Positions 20,175 through 31,300 of a stretch of 64,000 nt of DNA are shown here, in pieces. The stretch is from assembly GCA_030628905.1 (NCBI GenBank), contig DAOVQB010000002.1, positions 839-64,838 of the forward strand, read 5' to 3'. Every line of letters starts with the position of its first letter. The stretch's first letter is position 1. The position numbers were made by a program, and so were the translations under genes. The DNA comes from Candidatus Eiseniibacteriota bacterium (GTDB lineage: Bacteria; Eisenbacteria; RBG-16-71-46; CAIMUX01; WJJG01). The notes below the pieces were generated by a model that was not told where the DNA came from, did not search any database, and was given only the letters and a program-made list of their open reading frames with translations.

Positions 20175-21977
20175 TTGCCTGTGGAGATGCTTGCCCTGAC
20201 AGTGATCCTTGTTCTCGTGATCGCGCTCTACATCACGAAACGTCTATCCATCGAGGTCACTTCGCTGCTTATTCCACCCGCGCTTTTCCTCACCGGCATT
20301 CTTGACGTGCCGAGCGCTCTGTCGGGTTTCTCCAGTTCAGCAACAGTCACGATCGGAGCCCTATTCATCGTCTCAGCCGGTCTGACACGCACGGGAACGC
20401 TGGAATTCCTCACTGAGATTTTCAAGCGCTATTCCCGCGGGGATTCGCTGCGCCTCCTTGTCATCATGGCTCTGACCGTTCCAGTCATCAGTGCCTTCAT
20501 GAACAACATACCCGTGGTCGCCATGCTGTTGCCAGTGATTCTCGCTCTCGCGCGCGACATAGACATCAGGCCTTCGAAATTGATGATCCCCCTGAGCTAC
20601 TTCGCCATTCTGGGCGGTACCTGCACCCTCATCGGCACCGGCACCAATATTCTGGTACACGACATCTACTCGAAATGGCAGGCGGACGAGGGTTTGCCAG
20701 TCACGGGCTTTGGGATGTTCGAGTTCTCACCGCTCGGCCTGGTTCTTCTCGCGGCAGGGGCGGCCTTTATCATCCTGGTGGGGAGACGAACCCTGCCCAA
20801 TCGGGCATCTCTCTCTGGAATTCTCCCTCGGGAGCGCACGGCGAAGTTCGTCACGGAGATCCTAATCGAGGGCGATTCCCTCCTGCTGGAGAAGAGAGTG
20901 GATGAGGTCTTCGGTGTTCGTTCTCCCATCCGCCTGCTCGAGATCATCCGCACGGAAGAAGTAACCCTCGGGGCTGCGGCTCAAGGGATGCACATGCATA
21001 AGGACGATGCCCTCATCATCGAAGGCACATCCAAGGACATCACCGAGTTCCTCTCGGAAGCGCACGCCTCGCTCGCATCCGTAGTGGAGGACGACAGGCG
21101 CGTGCCGATGCGCACCATGGAACTGATGCTCGGTGAAGCCGTGGTTCTTCCTGACTCGCCATTTGTCGGCCGAACAGTGGGAGACCTGGCTCTCAACAAA
21201 CACTTCGGGATCAAGGTCCTGGCGATTCAACGCGGCGCCCGGCATCATCGCATGAAGATCCGCCACGCCCCGCTCAAACCGGGAGACGTCCTGCTACTGC
21301 AAGCTTCGGCCAATGGTTTTAGCGCCCTGCACGAGAGCGAAAGCGTCCTGCTTGTCGAGGGACTCGAGAGCATCATCAAGCACAAGCGCCGAGCTACCGT
21401 GGCGATCGCCATCCTGCTTTCCGTCGTTGGTTTGGCTACACTCACGAGCCTACCGATCGTTGTGCTGGCAGTCGCAGGAGCGGCTCTGATGATCGCTACG
21501 CGGTGCCTGCGAATTGACGAGGCCATCCGGTCGCTTGACTTCCAGGTACTGTGCCTGCTGGTGGGAACGATTCCGCTTGGGGTGGCGATGAGTGAGACCG
21601 GATTGGCTCACGCCGTCGTGGACCTGATCTTGGGACTATTGGGCAACAGTCACCCGGTCATAATCCTGAGCGCCTTCTACTTGCTGACGAGTATCACCAC
21701 GGAATTCCTGTCAAACAAGGCCACAGCTGTCTTATTGGCACCCCTTGCGCTCCAATTGGCCACGCAAATGGGCGTGGATCCGAAGCCGTTCATGATGGCG
21801 ATCTGTTTCGCTGCCAGCGCCAGCTTCATCACACCGATCGGCTACCCGACAAACCTAATCGTCATGGGTCCCGGAGGCTACCAGTTCAGCGATTACATGA
21901 AGATCGGCGTGCCTATGAACATCCTCTCGTGGCTTCTGGCTACTTTCCTGATACCGATCCTCTGGCCCCTTACATGA
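20175..21977 (+). CDS. SLC13/DASS-family anion permease with two internal TrkA-C domains
   Basis: TM blocks at both ends. The central region has two TrkA_C-like repeats (..IEGDSLLLEKRVDEV.., ..VVLPDSPFVGRTVGDL..). An alternative ATG start is at 20187. Confidence 0.85.
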   Translation: MPVEMLALTVILVLVIALYITKRLSIEVTSLLIPPALFLTGILDVPSALSGFSSSATVTIGALFIVSAGLTRTGTLEFLTEIFKRYSRGDSLRLLVIMALTVPVISAFMNNIPVVAMLLPVILALARDIDIRPSKLMIPLSYFAILGGTCTLIGTGTNILVHDIYSKWQADEGLPVTGFGMFEFSPLGLVLLAAGAAFIILVGRRTLPNRASLSGILPRERTAKFVTEILIEGDSLLLEKRVDEVFGVRSPIRLLEIIRTEEVTLGAAAQGMHMHKDDALIIEGTSKDITEFLSEAHASLASVVEDDRRVPMRTMELMLGEAVVLPDSPFVGRTVGDLALNKHFGIKVLAIQRGARHHRMKIRHAPLKPGDVLLLQASANGFSALHESESVLLVEGLESIIKHKRRATVAIAILLSVVGLATLTSLPIVVLAVAGAALMIATRCLRIDEAIRSLDFQVLCLLVGTIPLGVAMSETGLAHAVVDLILGLLGNSHPVIILSAFYLLTSITTEFLSNKATAVLLAPLALQLATQMGVDPKPFMMAICFAASASFITPIGYPTNLIVMGPGGYQFSDYMKIGVPMNILSWLLATFLIPILWPLT

Positions 21978-22088
21978 GTGGCGCCACAGCAAGGACAGCG
22001 CAAGCAACTCGAATGGCCGGAGAGATCCACGGAGGACACTGAATAATGCATCCGTTCTGTAGGCTTGACGTCACCTGGCCAGACACTG

Positions 22089-22934
22089 TCAGTCTGAGCC
22101 CTCCCCCACATCCAATGCCCTGAGCAGCTCCCGCGCCTGCCCGGCATACTCCCCGCCTGCGCTTGCCAGCCCATCCAGCGTCCGCCTGGCAGCCGCGATG
22201 TGGCCGGCCTTGAGGTGAGCATTGGCCAGCACCCATGAAGCTTTGTGCTGTTGTGCCCCTTTGGCCAACTTGGCGGCCTGCTCGAGGTGCGGGATCCCGC
22301 GGTCGGCGTCACTTTCCAGGACGATGGAAAGCCCGAGGAGATAAGCCGCCTCGGCATGATCGGGATCGCGCTCGAGCGCTGCGCGGAAGAAAGGCTCAGC
22401 CCTTGCATAATGCCCGAGGTTGAAGTAGCCCGCGCCGGCGTTCATGAGTTCCGTTACGGGATCGTTGACTGGAATGCCACGCACTGCGCTCGTTGCGGCT
22501 CTCTCATGTGGGAAGGTAGCCAGGCGTGCAAGGCCCGGTGGGCGGGAGAACTCCCGCACCCCCACGGCGATCACGAGCAGTCCGATGAGCACCGGCACGA
22601 CCACCTGCGGGCTTGCAAGTGGCAGGCAGAGCCTGTGGAGCCGCTCGCCAAATCGCTCGACGCGGGAAGCAAGCGATGCCGGCGAGTGCCGCTGGCGCGC
22701 GCCCTCTTCTGCTTCCCTCTCAGCGAGCACCTGCAGGAGGGCCGGCGCATGATCGCGCATTGCGGCGGCCACATCTGCGCTTCTCTCTAGCTCAGCGAAG
22801 CACTCGTCGCACTCGAGGAGATGGGCTTCGAAGGCGAGGCGCTCCTTGTCAGAAAGCGCCCCGCATTCATAGCGCGCGAGCAGGGCTGCCAGCTCGTCAT
22901 GGCCACGGCATGCCTTCTCCTGTTGATCAGCCAT
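22089..22934 (-). CDS. Anti-sigma factor: zinc-finger (ZAS/zf-HC2) + one TM helix + periplasmic TPR repeats
   Basis: CRGHDELAALLARYECGAL...HLLECDECFAEL (HxxxCxxC). Hydrophobic VVVPVLIGLLVIAVGV. TPR-like repeats at the C-terminus. Confidence 0.7.
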   Translation of the reverse strand: MADQQEKACRGHDELAALLARYECGALSDKERLAFEAHLLECDECFAELERSADVAAAMRDHAPALLQVLAEREAEEGARQRHSPASLASRVERFGERLHRLCLPLASPQVVVPVLIGLLVIAVGVREFSRPPGLARLATFPHERAATSAVRGIPVNDPVTELMNAGAGYFNLGHYARAEPFFRAALERDPDHAEAAYLLGLSIVLESDADRGIPHLEQAAKLAKGAQQHKASWVLANAHLKAGHIAAARRTLDGLASAGGEYAGQARELLRALDVGEGSD

Positions 22935-23049
22935 CTCCGATTTCCTTATCAGCGGGTCCCTGGGCACTCTCCCGCGAGCTGCCCTCTGTATTCCACACCC
23001 TCCTTTTCGCCAGCCCCAAAATCCTTGCGTCCAATGGCTCCCAAGACAC

Positions 23050-24771
23050 TTATCTGACCAACAGCACCCTGCCGCTCTCCCTCAGCCGGCCAGATTCCAA
23101 CCGGTAGAAGTAGCTCCCCGAAACCACCTCCCGGCCCGAACCATCCCGGCCGTCCCAGATCAGCTGGTAATTTCCCGGCAGGTAGTATCCGTCAGTCAAT
23201 GTGCGCACCAGCCCCCCTTTCACATCGAAGATGCGCAAGCTCGTGCGGGCGGCACTCGGGATGCTGAAGCGCAGGTAGGCGGCACTCGTGAGCGGGTTGC
23301 TGCCCTGCACATCCAAGGCAAGCTGGCCGGCATCTGATCCGACCGACTGTTCAGGATTGGTGAGGGCCACATCCAGTAGCGTACTGCTCCCGGCGGTGAT
23401 CACGACGCCCGGAACCGTAAGCGTCTCGTACCCGTTGGCCTCGAAAACAACATCGTATGATCCGGGCGGGAGAAATGCGTGATACCGCCCGTGGCCCGGC
23501 TCGCTGCGGTTGATCTCCCCGTGGTAGAAGGTCACGTTGTCGTAGCTGATGGTGGCTTCCACGGGGTCGCCGGTTACTGAATTGGTCACATGTCCCCAGA
23601 GCGGGATGGATTGTTCGAGCAGCCACACGGTTCCCGGCCAGACCCGCTCGGCTTCGTCCACCGCGCTCGCATGAGAGGGTTGGAATTGTATGTGCGTCTC
23701 AGTTAGGAAGGCGAAGCCTCCCATCATGGCGGTCTGCCACTCGAAGTGCTCACCCTCGGCGCTCGGTGAACGATAGTCCCCCCCGTACGATGAAGCCTGG
23801 GAAAGCGCGATGGCCTGCTGCCGCAGATAGTAGGCGAAGGGATGGTCCCAACAGGCGTACCCGTACAGGACCTCACGGCCGGAGGAGTGGTAGTCGAGGA
23901 CCTTGGCGAAGCGCTGATCCTCGCTCCAGGCCATCATTGCTTGCGTCTCGGCCTCCGAGGCCGGCGAGGGCCCTTTGTAGGTGTTGGAAGTGGGATTCGT
24001 GCTGCCGGCACAAGGGCCCGACCAGCCGAACGGGTAGTTGCGGTTCAGGTCGATCCCGATCCCCCCGGCAACTGGCCGGCGGTTCTTCCGCCACATGTTG
24101 TCCCAGTAATACACATAGTCATACCCATCAGGATTCCAGAGCGGCGCAATCCATATCTCGTGGGAATCCACCAGATTGGTGATGGTCGGATCCGTACCGT
24201 ACAGGGTGGTGAGCTGCTCGATCGCATAGAGCGCCAGCACGGGAGTCACTATCTCCCGGGCATGGTGACAACTGACCATCAGAAATGCGGGCTCATCCTC
24301 TTCCAGTTCGACATTATCGGAGATCTTCACGGCATAGAGGTGATGGCCCTCGTAGGTCGGCTCCAGATCGTAGGCCTCTGTGATGTCCACCATCTGGCAG
24401 ATGGCGGGGTAGTTGTTGGCCACACTGACCATCTCCGCCTCGATCTCGACGAGGTTCGGATAGCCGGGGGGTACACTCTCCCCACCTCCCCGTTCGTCCT
24501 GGATGTCTCGGAAGGGCCGACCCACGGCGATGACCTCCGGGCCGTAGCCGCTCAGGCGCAGGGACTCGAGTTCAGCCACCGAGACGATCAGCTCCAGCGA
24601 ACTGTCGGTAACGCTTCCCTCCAGCACGTCAAATCCTGAGCGCTCCAACTGAATGGCCACTGCTTGAGCATCCGGGTCCTCCACGCGGACGTGTCGCAGT
24701 GGCTCGGCCGCAGCGTTCGAGGCAAAGGTGAAGGCCGCAACGATCAAAAGGGTTAGGATGCTTGTCTGCAT
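23050..24771 (-). CDS. M14 zinc carboxypeptidase with a T9SS-type C-terminal sorting domain
   Basis: Signal peptide MQTSILTLLIVAAFTFASNAAA. HHAREIV zinc motif. The C-terminus (...SLRIFDVKGGLVRTLTDG...GSYFYRLESG...VLLVR) matches a Por_Secre_tail. Confidence 0.85.
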   Translation of the reverse strand: MQTSILTLLIVAAFTFASNAAAEPLRHVRVEDPDAQAVAIQLERSGFDVLEGSVTDSSLELIVSVAELESLRLSGYGPEVIAVGRPFRDIQDERGGGESVPPGYPNLVEIEAEMVSVANNYPAICQMVDITEAYDLEPTYEGHHLYAVKISDNVELEEDEPAFLMVSCHHAREIVTPVLALYAIEQLTTLYGTDPTITNLVDSHEIWIAPLWNPDGYDYVYYWDNMWRKNRRPVAGGIGIDLNRNYPFGWSGPCAGSTNPTSNTYKGPSPASEAETQAMMAWSEDQRFAKVLDYHSSGREVLYGYACWDHPFAYYLRQQAIALSQASSYGGDYRSPSAEGEHFEWQTAMMGGFAFLTETHIQFQPSHASAVDEAERVWPGTVWLLEQSIPLWGHVTNSVTGDPVEATISYDNVTFYHGEINRSEPGHGRYHAFLPPGSYDVVFEANGYETLTVPGVVITAGSSTLLDVALTNPEQSVGSDAGQLALDVQGSNPLTSAAYLRFSIPSAARTSLRIFDVKGGLVRTLTDGYYLPGNYQLIWDGRDGSGREVVSGSYFYRLESGRLRESGRVLLVR

Positions 24772-24990
24772 GGCATGTCTCCTCCCGCGCTATGGCACGA
24801 GCTGCGTGGGGGAGGCCTAGCCCCCCCCTGTCTGGTAGGGATCACGACCCGGCAGGTTGGTGATCCAAGATCCGCAGGGCCCAGCCTTGCCGGCTAGGTT
24901 CCGCGTTCACAAACTCCTAATATACTAACACGACAGTTCTTACGAGGTCAAGCCAATTGCCGCCTGGCGGTCAAGCGCATCATTGTCCCA

Positions 24991-25070
24991 GCACTCCCAA
25001 CCACCCTGGCTATTCAGGCCACTGCCGGCCGCACTCCCAACCACCCTGGCTATTCAGGCCACTGCCGGCC
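24991..25070. repeat. Perfect 40-bp direct tandem duplication (2 copies) in a divergent intergenic region
   Basis: gcactcccaaccaccctggctattcaggccactgccggcc occurs twice, back to back. Confidence 0.9.
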
Positions 25071-25262
25071 GCGTAGGAGTCGAAAGCATTCCCACCAGTC
25101 CGCGCCCGCGCCCACGCTTAGAAAATCAATTGCATGGAAAGCGCCCTCTCCGGAAACGAGAGGAGTGTGAAGACAAACTCACAGCTTGGGGGTCCAGGGC
25201 GTCGCCTCTCCGCCTACGCCCCGATCCCGGAAAGGATCTGAGCAGAAAGGGAGGAAGAGAAC

Positions 25263-28232
25263 ATGATGGACACAAAGAAGAAACTGATCTGCGCGGCCCG
25301 ACTCGTCGTTCTGCCGGTGCTGCTGATTCTCTGGCCCTTGGAGGTCGCTGCAGACAGCGCCCTGAAGGCATGGTGGGATACCTTCGAGGACAACAACTTG
25401 AACTGCTGGACCATCAATCAGGTGGGTGCCAGCATCGGCATCGACTCCAATATGGCCAACAATGGCATCCGCTCCTTGAGGGTGGTTGGCGCTTCAGGGG
25501 CCGGCCAGTACGCGCGGGCCTACTCACGGAATATCTGGATCGATTTTACACGCGATTACACCGTGCAGTTCGCATTCCGTTACGATAGCTTCCACTGGGA
25601 TCGGTTCCTCATCTTCGGGCACATTCGCTTGGTACTCGATTACCCCAGTCTTCCGGTCTTGTACGACCCCGTGGGGGATAATTCCTTCGTCGGCAACGCG
25701 GTCTCCGGCAATTCGTTCGAATCCTACCTGCCCGATTTGGAGTGGGGCTGGATCACGGTTCACTGCCGGCCTTCGCTGCAGCAATACGAGGTCTTTGTGA
25801 ACGGAACGCACATGGGAACGGTAAACTACCAGGCCACCGTGATCCCCTCACAGCAGTTCTGGTTCGAGGACAATGGTTCACCTACGAACTATCTCAACGC
25901 TTGGTATGACGACTGTACAATCCGAGGCTATGTGAATCCGCAAAACTGCAACTACTCCATCGCCTCGCATTGGGAGGATGCAGAAAACAACTGTGCCATG
26001 TGGGCCCATCCACCCAATGTCCCGTACCATGGCCAATACAGCCGTCCGGGTCATCCGCTGCACGAACCTTGCTGCCCGCCAGGACCCAACGGTCGCTGCA
26101 TGGTGGCATGTCTGCAGATGGTATTCGACCGCTTCGGCGACAACCTCCCCGGAGCCGGCCCTGGGGTCGGCACGGGGCCCCAGGAGGAGATCGAGGCGGC
26201 TGCCAACACCAACGACCGGGTCAACTGCCCCAATGGTGTGTGGACCGGCACGTATCAGGACGACCTGCGCCGCGCGGGGCATTTCTCTTCCAGCACGAAC
26301 CAAGCTGCACTGACGGCGCTGCGCAACCAGTGCCCACCTCCACAGTGTCCCCCGGCTGGCCAAGGCGCCAGCGGGTATAGCTGGCGCGACCTGGGATACG
26401 CGGTTGTCGATTCCATCTGGACGGATCTTGCGCCAGCGGACGCCGACAGTATGGATGCCGGCGCGGCACCCGTTGTGCTCGAGGCACTGATCGGATCGGG
26501 CTATCCGATCATCGCACTCATCAATCCCTCGCAGGGCTATTGCCAGGAGATCGAGGCGGCGGGCTCCGAGGGCACGGTGGATTGCGATAGCATCCCGGAG
26601 AACACCGACTCCGGTCATGCCTGCGTTATCATCGGCTACGACAATGTCGGCAACCAGGGACCGCCACAGCTCCGAAATCCTCACGCGTATCCGGCGTTTC
26701 TCATCCACGATCCAGCGGTCTGCCGCTTTGGATGGATCGGGCAGCAGTATTTCTGGAATCAGGTGTGGACGAGTAAGCGCTTTGCCTTTGCCGCACCTTG
26801 GGAACTGAAGTGGCTATCACCGCCAAGGTGGTGTTACGGGCAGAAGTATAATGGCACGCTCCTTGTGAAATACCCGGGCCCGGAACCGCTGGACGGTTTC
26901 TACTCGGTCGCCAACGCCAAGGCCAAGCTGACACTCACCAATGTAGGGCTTCAGGGTGGAGAGGTTCGGACGCACAACCTGGTCAACATCTCAACGACCG
27001 GCGATTGGCAGTTCAGCACCTGGAAGCTGGCCAACGGGAATTTCGTTCAGGGTGGGAACCTCATCGGGACCGTGGACTACTTGGCCTACGGAACCCTTGC
27101 GCCTGCCGTGTCCTCAACATCGTATGTGGGCTACACGGATGACCTGGGAGGCACGGGGAGTGCAACGAAGGGCCTTACCCTGTGTTTCTTCGTTGACCTC
27201 GATATCGGACACACGGGATGGCCGTACGCGGGCCACTGGTGGTCTGGGGCCGGTGGATCGAGCATCAAGCTAGTCGGCCTGGGCGGCCCCACCCATGAAC
27301 TCTGTGCCACCGTCGGGAATTTCGGAGAGGAGCCAACCCCACCGGGAACGTTCCTGCACTTCTGGTTCGAGGACCCGGGCGCAGCGCAGCGCGCGCCGGG
27401 CGAATACCCGATCGCTGCACTCGAGGTCCCATCGCTCGCCTTTGGGGACACGGTGACACTCGGGCCGGTGCCATGGACCGCCCCACCGGGAAACGTGTTC
27501 GGTGAGCCGCACTTCACAATCTTCACAGCGATCGACTGTCCGGGCGACCCCCCGGAGAGCGACTGGCCGCAGGATGAGAACAACTTCGCCACCCTGAGTG
27601 AATTCCACTGCGAGACTACACCTGGAGAACCGGTGGGAATGTCATTCTGGGTGGAGAATCCGGAACCCACGGCGATGGAGGTCATCCTCCAAGTCGACAA
27701 ACCCGAGGGTGTAGAAGCTTGGGATGTCGCCCTCAGTCTGCCGGTCGGGGAGCCGATCTTCCTCAGTCCATTGGAGATGATTCCTACCGAGGTGACCGTG
27801 ACGCCCACAACTGGTCCAACGGAGGGTTCTATCAGTGTAGAGTGCTTCCTCTACATCCCTGGGGGGGAGCTGGTCCGCGAGACTGGCGGCATTACTCTCA
27901 CGCTGCACCTACCGACGAGTTCAGCTCCTGATGACGGAATGAGTCGCCCGGTCTTTGCGCTCGGCCAGAACCAACCCAACCCCTTTGCTGGTCCGGCGAC
28001 CATCATTCGGTTTGCCACTCCCCGTGCAGGGCATGTGGATCTGCGGGTCTATGACGTGGGCGGCAGGATGGTGCGAACGCTTATTTCGGAGCGGCGTTCA
28101 AGTGGATGGCACGCGACAAGCTGGCCCGGTACAGACGAGCGGGGTCGCAGAGTGGCCAACGGCGTCTACTTCTACCAGCTCGATCTTGACGGCGGCGTGC
28201 AGCGGACGCGTACGATGTTGATCCTCCGATAA
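25263..28232 (+). CDS. Large secreted multidomain protein: N-terminal LamG/ConA-like domain + C39_2-like papain-fold cysteine peptidase + Ig-like regions + T9SS C-terminal domain
   Basis: RBS AAGGGAGG. Signal peptide. GRCMVACLQMVFDRFG (Cys motif) and DSGHACVIIGYDN (His motif). C-terminus NPFAGPATIIRFATPRAGHVDLRVYDVGGRMVRTL...GVYFYQLDLDG...TMLILR. Confidence 0.75.
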   Translation: MMDTKKKLICAARLVVLPVLLILWPLEVAADSALKAWWDTFEDNNLNCWTINQVGASIGIDSNMANNGIRSLRVVGASGAGQYARAYSRNIWIDFTRDYTVQFAFRYDSFHWDRFLIFGHIRLVLDYPSLPVLYDPVGDNSFVGNAVSGNSFESYLPDLEWGWITVHCRPSLQQYEVFVNGTHMGTVNYQATVIPSQQFWFEDNGSPTNYLNAWYDDCTIRGYVNPQNCNYSIASHWEDAENNCAMWAHPPNVPYHGQYSRPGHPLHEPCCPPGPNGRCMVACLQMVFDRFGDNLPGAGPGVGTGPQEEIEAAANTNDRVNCPNGVWTGTYQDDLRRAGHFSSSTNQAALTALRNQCPPPQCPPAGQGASGYSWRDLGYAVVDSIWTDLAPADADSMDAGAAPVVLEALIGSGYPIIALINPSQGYCQEIEAAGSEGTVDCDSIPENTDSGHACVIIGYDNVGNQGPPQLRNPHAYPAFLIHDPAVCRFGWIGQQYFWNQVWTSKRFAFAAPWELKWLSPPRWCYGQKYNGTLLVKYPGPEPLDGFYSVANAKAKLTLTNVGLQGGEVRTHNLVNISTTGDWQFSTWKLANGNFVQGGNLIGTVDYLAYGTLAPAVSSTSYVGYTDDLGGTGSATKGLTLCFFVDLDIGHTGWPYAGHWWSGAGGSSIKLVGLGGPTHELCATVGNFGEEPTPPGTFLHFWFEDPGAAQRAPGEYPIAALEVPSLAFGDTVTLGPVPWTAPPGNVFGEPHFTIFTAIDCPGDPPESDWPQDENNFATLSEFHCETTPGEPVGMSFWVENPEPTAMEVILQVDKPEGVEAWDVALSLPVGEPIFLSPLEMIPTEVTVTPTTGPTEGSISVECFLYIPGGELVRETGGITLTLHLPTSSAPDDGMSRPVFALGQNQPNPFAGPATIIRFATPRAGHVDLRVYDVGGRMVRTLISERRSSGWHATSWPGTDERGRRVANGVYFYQLDLDGGVQRTRTMLILR

Positions 28233-28333
28233 TGGTACCTGCTCTCCATTATCGATCGAGAGCGGTGAGACACCCCGATTGCCTGGGGCATCTCACCGCT
28301 GTCACGGTTGGGATGGGTAGAGTCGTATCAGGT

Positions 28334-31300
28334 CTAGGCCCTTCCCGCTTCCGGGGAAACCATTTGAGCCTGCGCCGGGGCCTTCCGCCGCAGCCGGTGC
28401 CACAGACGCGCCAGAACCCAGCCCAGGCGGGTCATGATCCAGTAGAGGGCCGGGATTGCGCCAATGATCAATACTGTGCTGCTCACCAGGCCCCCGATCG
28501 ACGAGAGCGCCAGGTTCTCCCAGATGTCCCGCCCCTCTGAGGTCTCCCGCAATCTGATCAAGAGCGGCAAGAGGGCCGCAACCGTGGTTCCGCTGGTGAG
28601 CAGAATCGAGCGCAGCTGGATCCGCATCCCCTCACAGATGGCGGTCCGCAGAAGCTCCACACGCTCCTTGCCCGGCAGGCGCCACAGGTCAGTGCCCCCC
28701 AGGCGGTGCTTGACGGGAACCAGCTCGGAGGGGTACCCGCGTTCTGTCACTATTTCACGCACCTGCAGCCGGAAGCGGTTGATCAGCAGAATTGCATTGT
28801 TGACCACGATGCCAAAGAGCAGTACGAGACCGATCTTGGCTGAGGAATCAAAGGACGCGTCGGCGGCCCAGAAGAGCCCCACCACACCCACCAAGGACAT
28901 GGGGATGGAGAGCAGCACCAGGAAGGGCAGGGTGAAGCTCTCGAACAGAGCCGCCAGGGTCATGAAGATGAAGAGCAGTGTCAGCCACAGAATGGTCTGC
29001 ATCTCCTCTTCCTCTTTGTGGGTCATGCGTTCACCGGAGACATCCTCGGCGGTGTAGCCGTAGGGAAGCTGCAGGCCACTCAGGATGTTGGCGATGAAGC
29101 GCTGGCGCATGCGATCGGTGCCGATATACTCCCAGTTGACCTGCATGGTGTAGCGCTGGTTCTCTCGATTGATGCTACCGATCACCGGGCGCGTTTCCAG
29201 GGTGATCACGTCGCCCAGGCGCACCTGCTGCCCGTTGGCACCGGTGATCTCCTTGCTCATGACCTGGTCGTACTGGATCTTCTCCGCGTTGGCGAAGGAG
29301 AGCTGTAGGCGCTGGTCCTCCCCGGATACAATCATGTGCCAGGGGTTCTCTACATCCAGCAGCCTTCGCAGGAATCCTAGGACTTCCGCCACGCTCATGT
29401 GATGATCCGCCAGCCGCTCGCGGTGCACGAGCACCACGGTCTCGTCCGCACCCTCGCGCTCGAAGTTGTCCCCGCTGGAGAGGCGCACATTGCGCACGCG
29501 GCGGTTTCCGCCCAGGCGCGCTACGATACCTTCACAGATATTATTGAGGACCTTGCTGTTGTAGCCGGTGATCTTAATGAGGGAGTTGCTCAGGCCACCG
29601 CCCCTCCCGCCTTTCAAATACGGATCGCCGAAGCCTCCGATCCAGATGAACAAGCCGCCCAGTTCCTCAGCCAGGAGAATGAGCTTGTCACGCAACACCT
29701 CAGGCCAGGGTGAGCGCAACTGCTCGGGCTCAAACTCGATGCGCATGAAGGCGCGGTTCTCCCAGCTGTAGGTCTTCATGTGAACCCCTTCGGGCAGAGG
29801 CAACACCTCGGCCTCGAAGAGTTTCATGGTCTCGCTGGAAAGCACCACATCGGTTCCCACCGGCCGCTCCATGTACAGCCGGAGTTGCTCCGCGCCGCTC
29901 TGCTGCCAGAACCCACCCTGGTGGATCTCCTCCTTGAAGATGTGCCAGGTCCCCGCAAACAGGGCCAGCATCAAAGGCACCGGTATCCACCAGAAGCGCA
30001 GATTGAAAGCGGTGATCCGGCGGATAAAGCTGGTGAAGACACCCACCATGATCAGTAGCCCCAGCACGCCCAGGGCCCACGCCCAGCGATCCAGGAGCTC
30101 CCGCGGACCTTCCAGGATCGCGAAGACCGCCGCGCTCACCACCATCAGGACCAGCGTGACCACACCCCAGCGCTTCAGAAGCGCCATGCCGCGCATCTCC
30201 TCCACCGGCGCGTCACCTCTGGCGCGGGCGATCTGCTTCTCCTTGAGAGCGGTGCCGCGCAGGGCCACCGGGATCCAGCAGAAAGCGACAAAGATCGACG
30301 CCAGCATGGCGATGCCCACGCTGGCTGCCAGCGGCACGTAGAAGAGCGACAGGCGCCCGGAGAGGAAGGTGAAGGAGAGGAATGCCACCACTGTGGTCAA
30401 GGTTGTCGTGATGATGGGAAAGGCAACCTCATGCGTGCCCCCGATGAGCGCCCGCCGGGCCGCGTCCCAGACCCCGCGCACGCCCTTGTTATGCGGGCGG
30501 ACTAGGCGTCTATGGATGGCATCCATTACCAGGATGCTATTGTCCAGCAGCATTCCAAAGCACACTGTCAGACCGCTGATCGTGATGAAGTTCACCGACA
30601 CGCCAAAGAAGTAGAACAGCGAGAGGCAAATCACGATGGCCAGCAGGATCGAGGACACCACAATCGCCGTCAGACGCACTCGTCGCAGGGCGATGGCCAG
30701 TAGTACAAACAGGAGCGCTAGGATGATCAAGGACCGATAGATGAGTTCGGTCAGCTTATCTTCCAGATCCTCACCCGCATCATGATCGATCTCGAAGTTG
30801 ACCGGAAAGGGCAAGTTGGCGGCGATCTCAGGCAGGGTTTCCCGCAGGTTGCGGCTTACGGTGACCGCGTTCTGACCGCTGCGCTTGGCCACCGTGACTT
30901 CCACGACATTCTCGCCACCAATCCGAACGAAGCGAATGGGATCCTCATAGCCCGGCTCCAGCTCGGCGACGCGTGCAAGCGTGATCGGCTGGCCGCCCAC
31001 CGTGCGCAGAACCGTATGGCGCAGCGCGTTCAAGGTGACCGAATCCTGGATGCTGACTGTTAGTTGCCGCCCGGCGCGGCGCACCGCGCCCGCCGGAAGA
31101 ATGTCATCCAGTTCCTCCAGGCGGGTATAAATGCCGTCGGCTGTCAGGTTGTAGCGCTCCATGAGTTCTGCGTTCAGCCGGATCCGCACCAACGGCCGGG
31201 CTCCGCCTTGCACCTCGGCATCCGCAACTCCGGGTACCGCCAGCAGGCGGGGGACAAGCCAGGACTCTGCCTTGTCGCTCAACTCGTTGGCCGACATGGA

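Noticed and set aside
24991-25070. CRISPR array
   Set aside because: There are only two identical adjacent units with no spacers. No CRISPR-like repeat-spacer architecture occurs anywhere in the window.
24983-25588. 201-aa ORF spanning the 40-bp tandem repeat
   Set aside because: It has no RBS and a Pro/Arg-rich low-complexity product. The region is better explained as a divergent promoter region containing the repeat.
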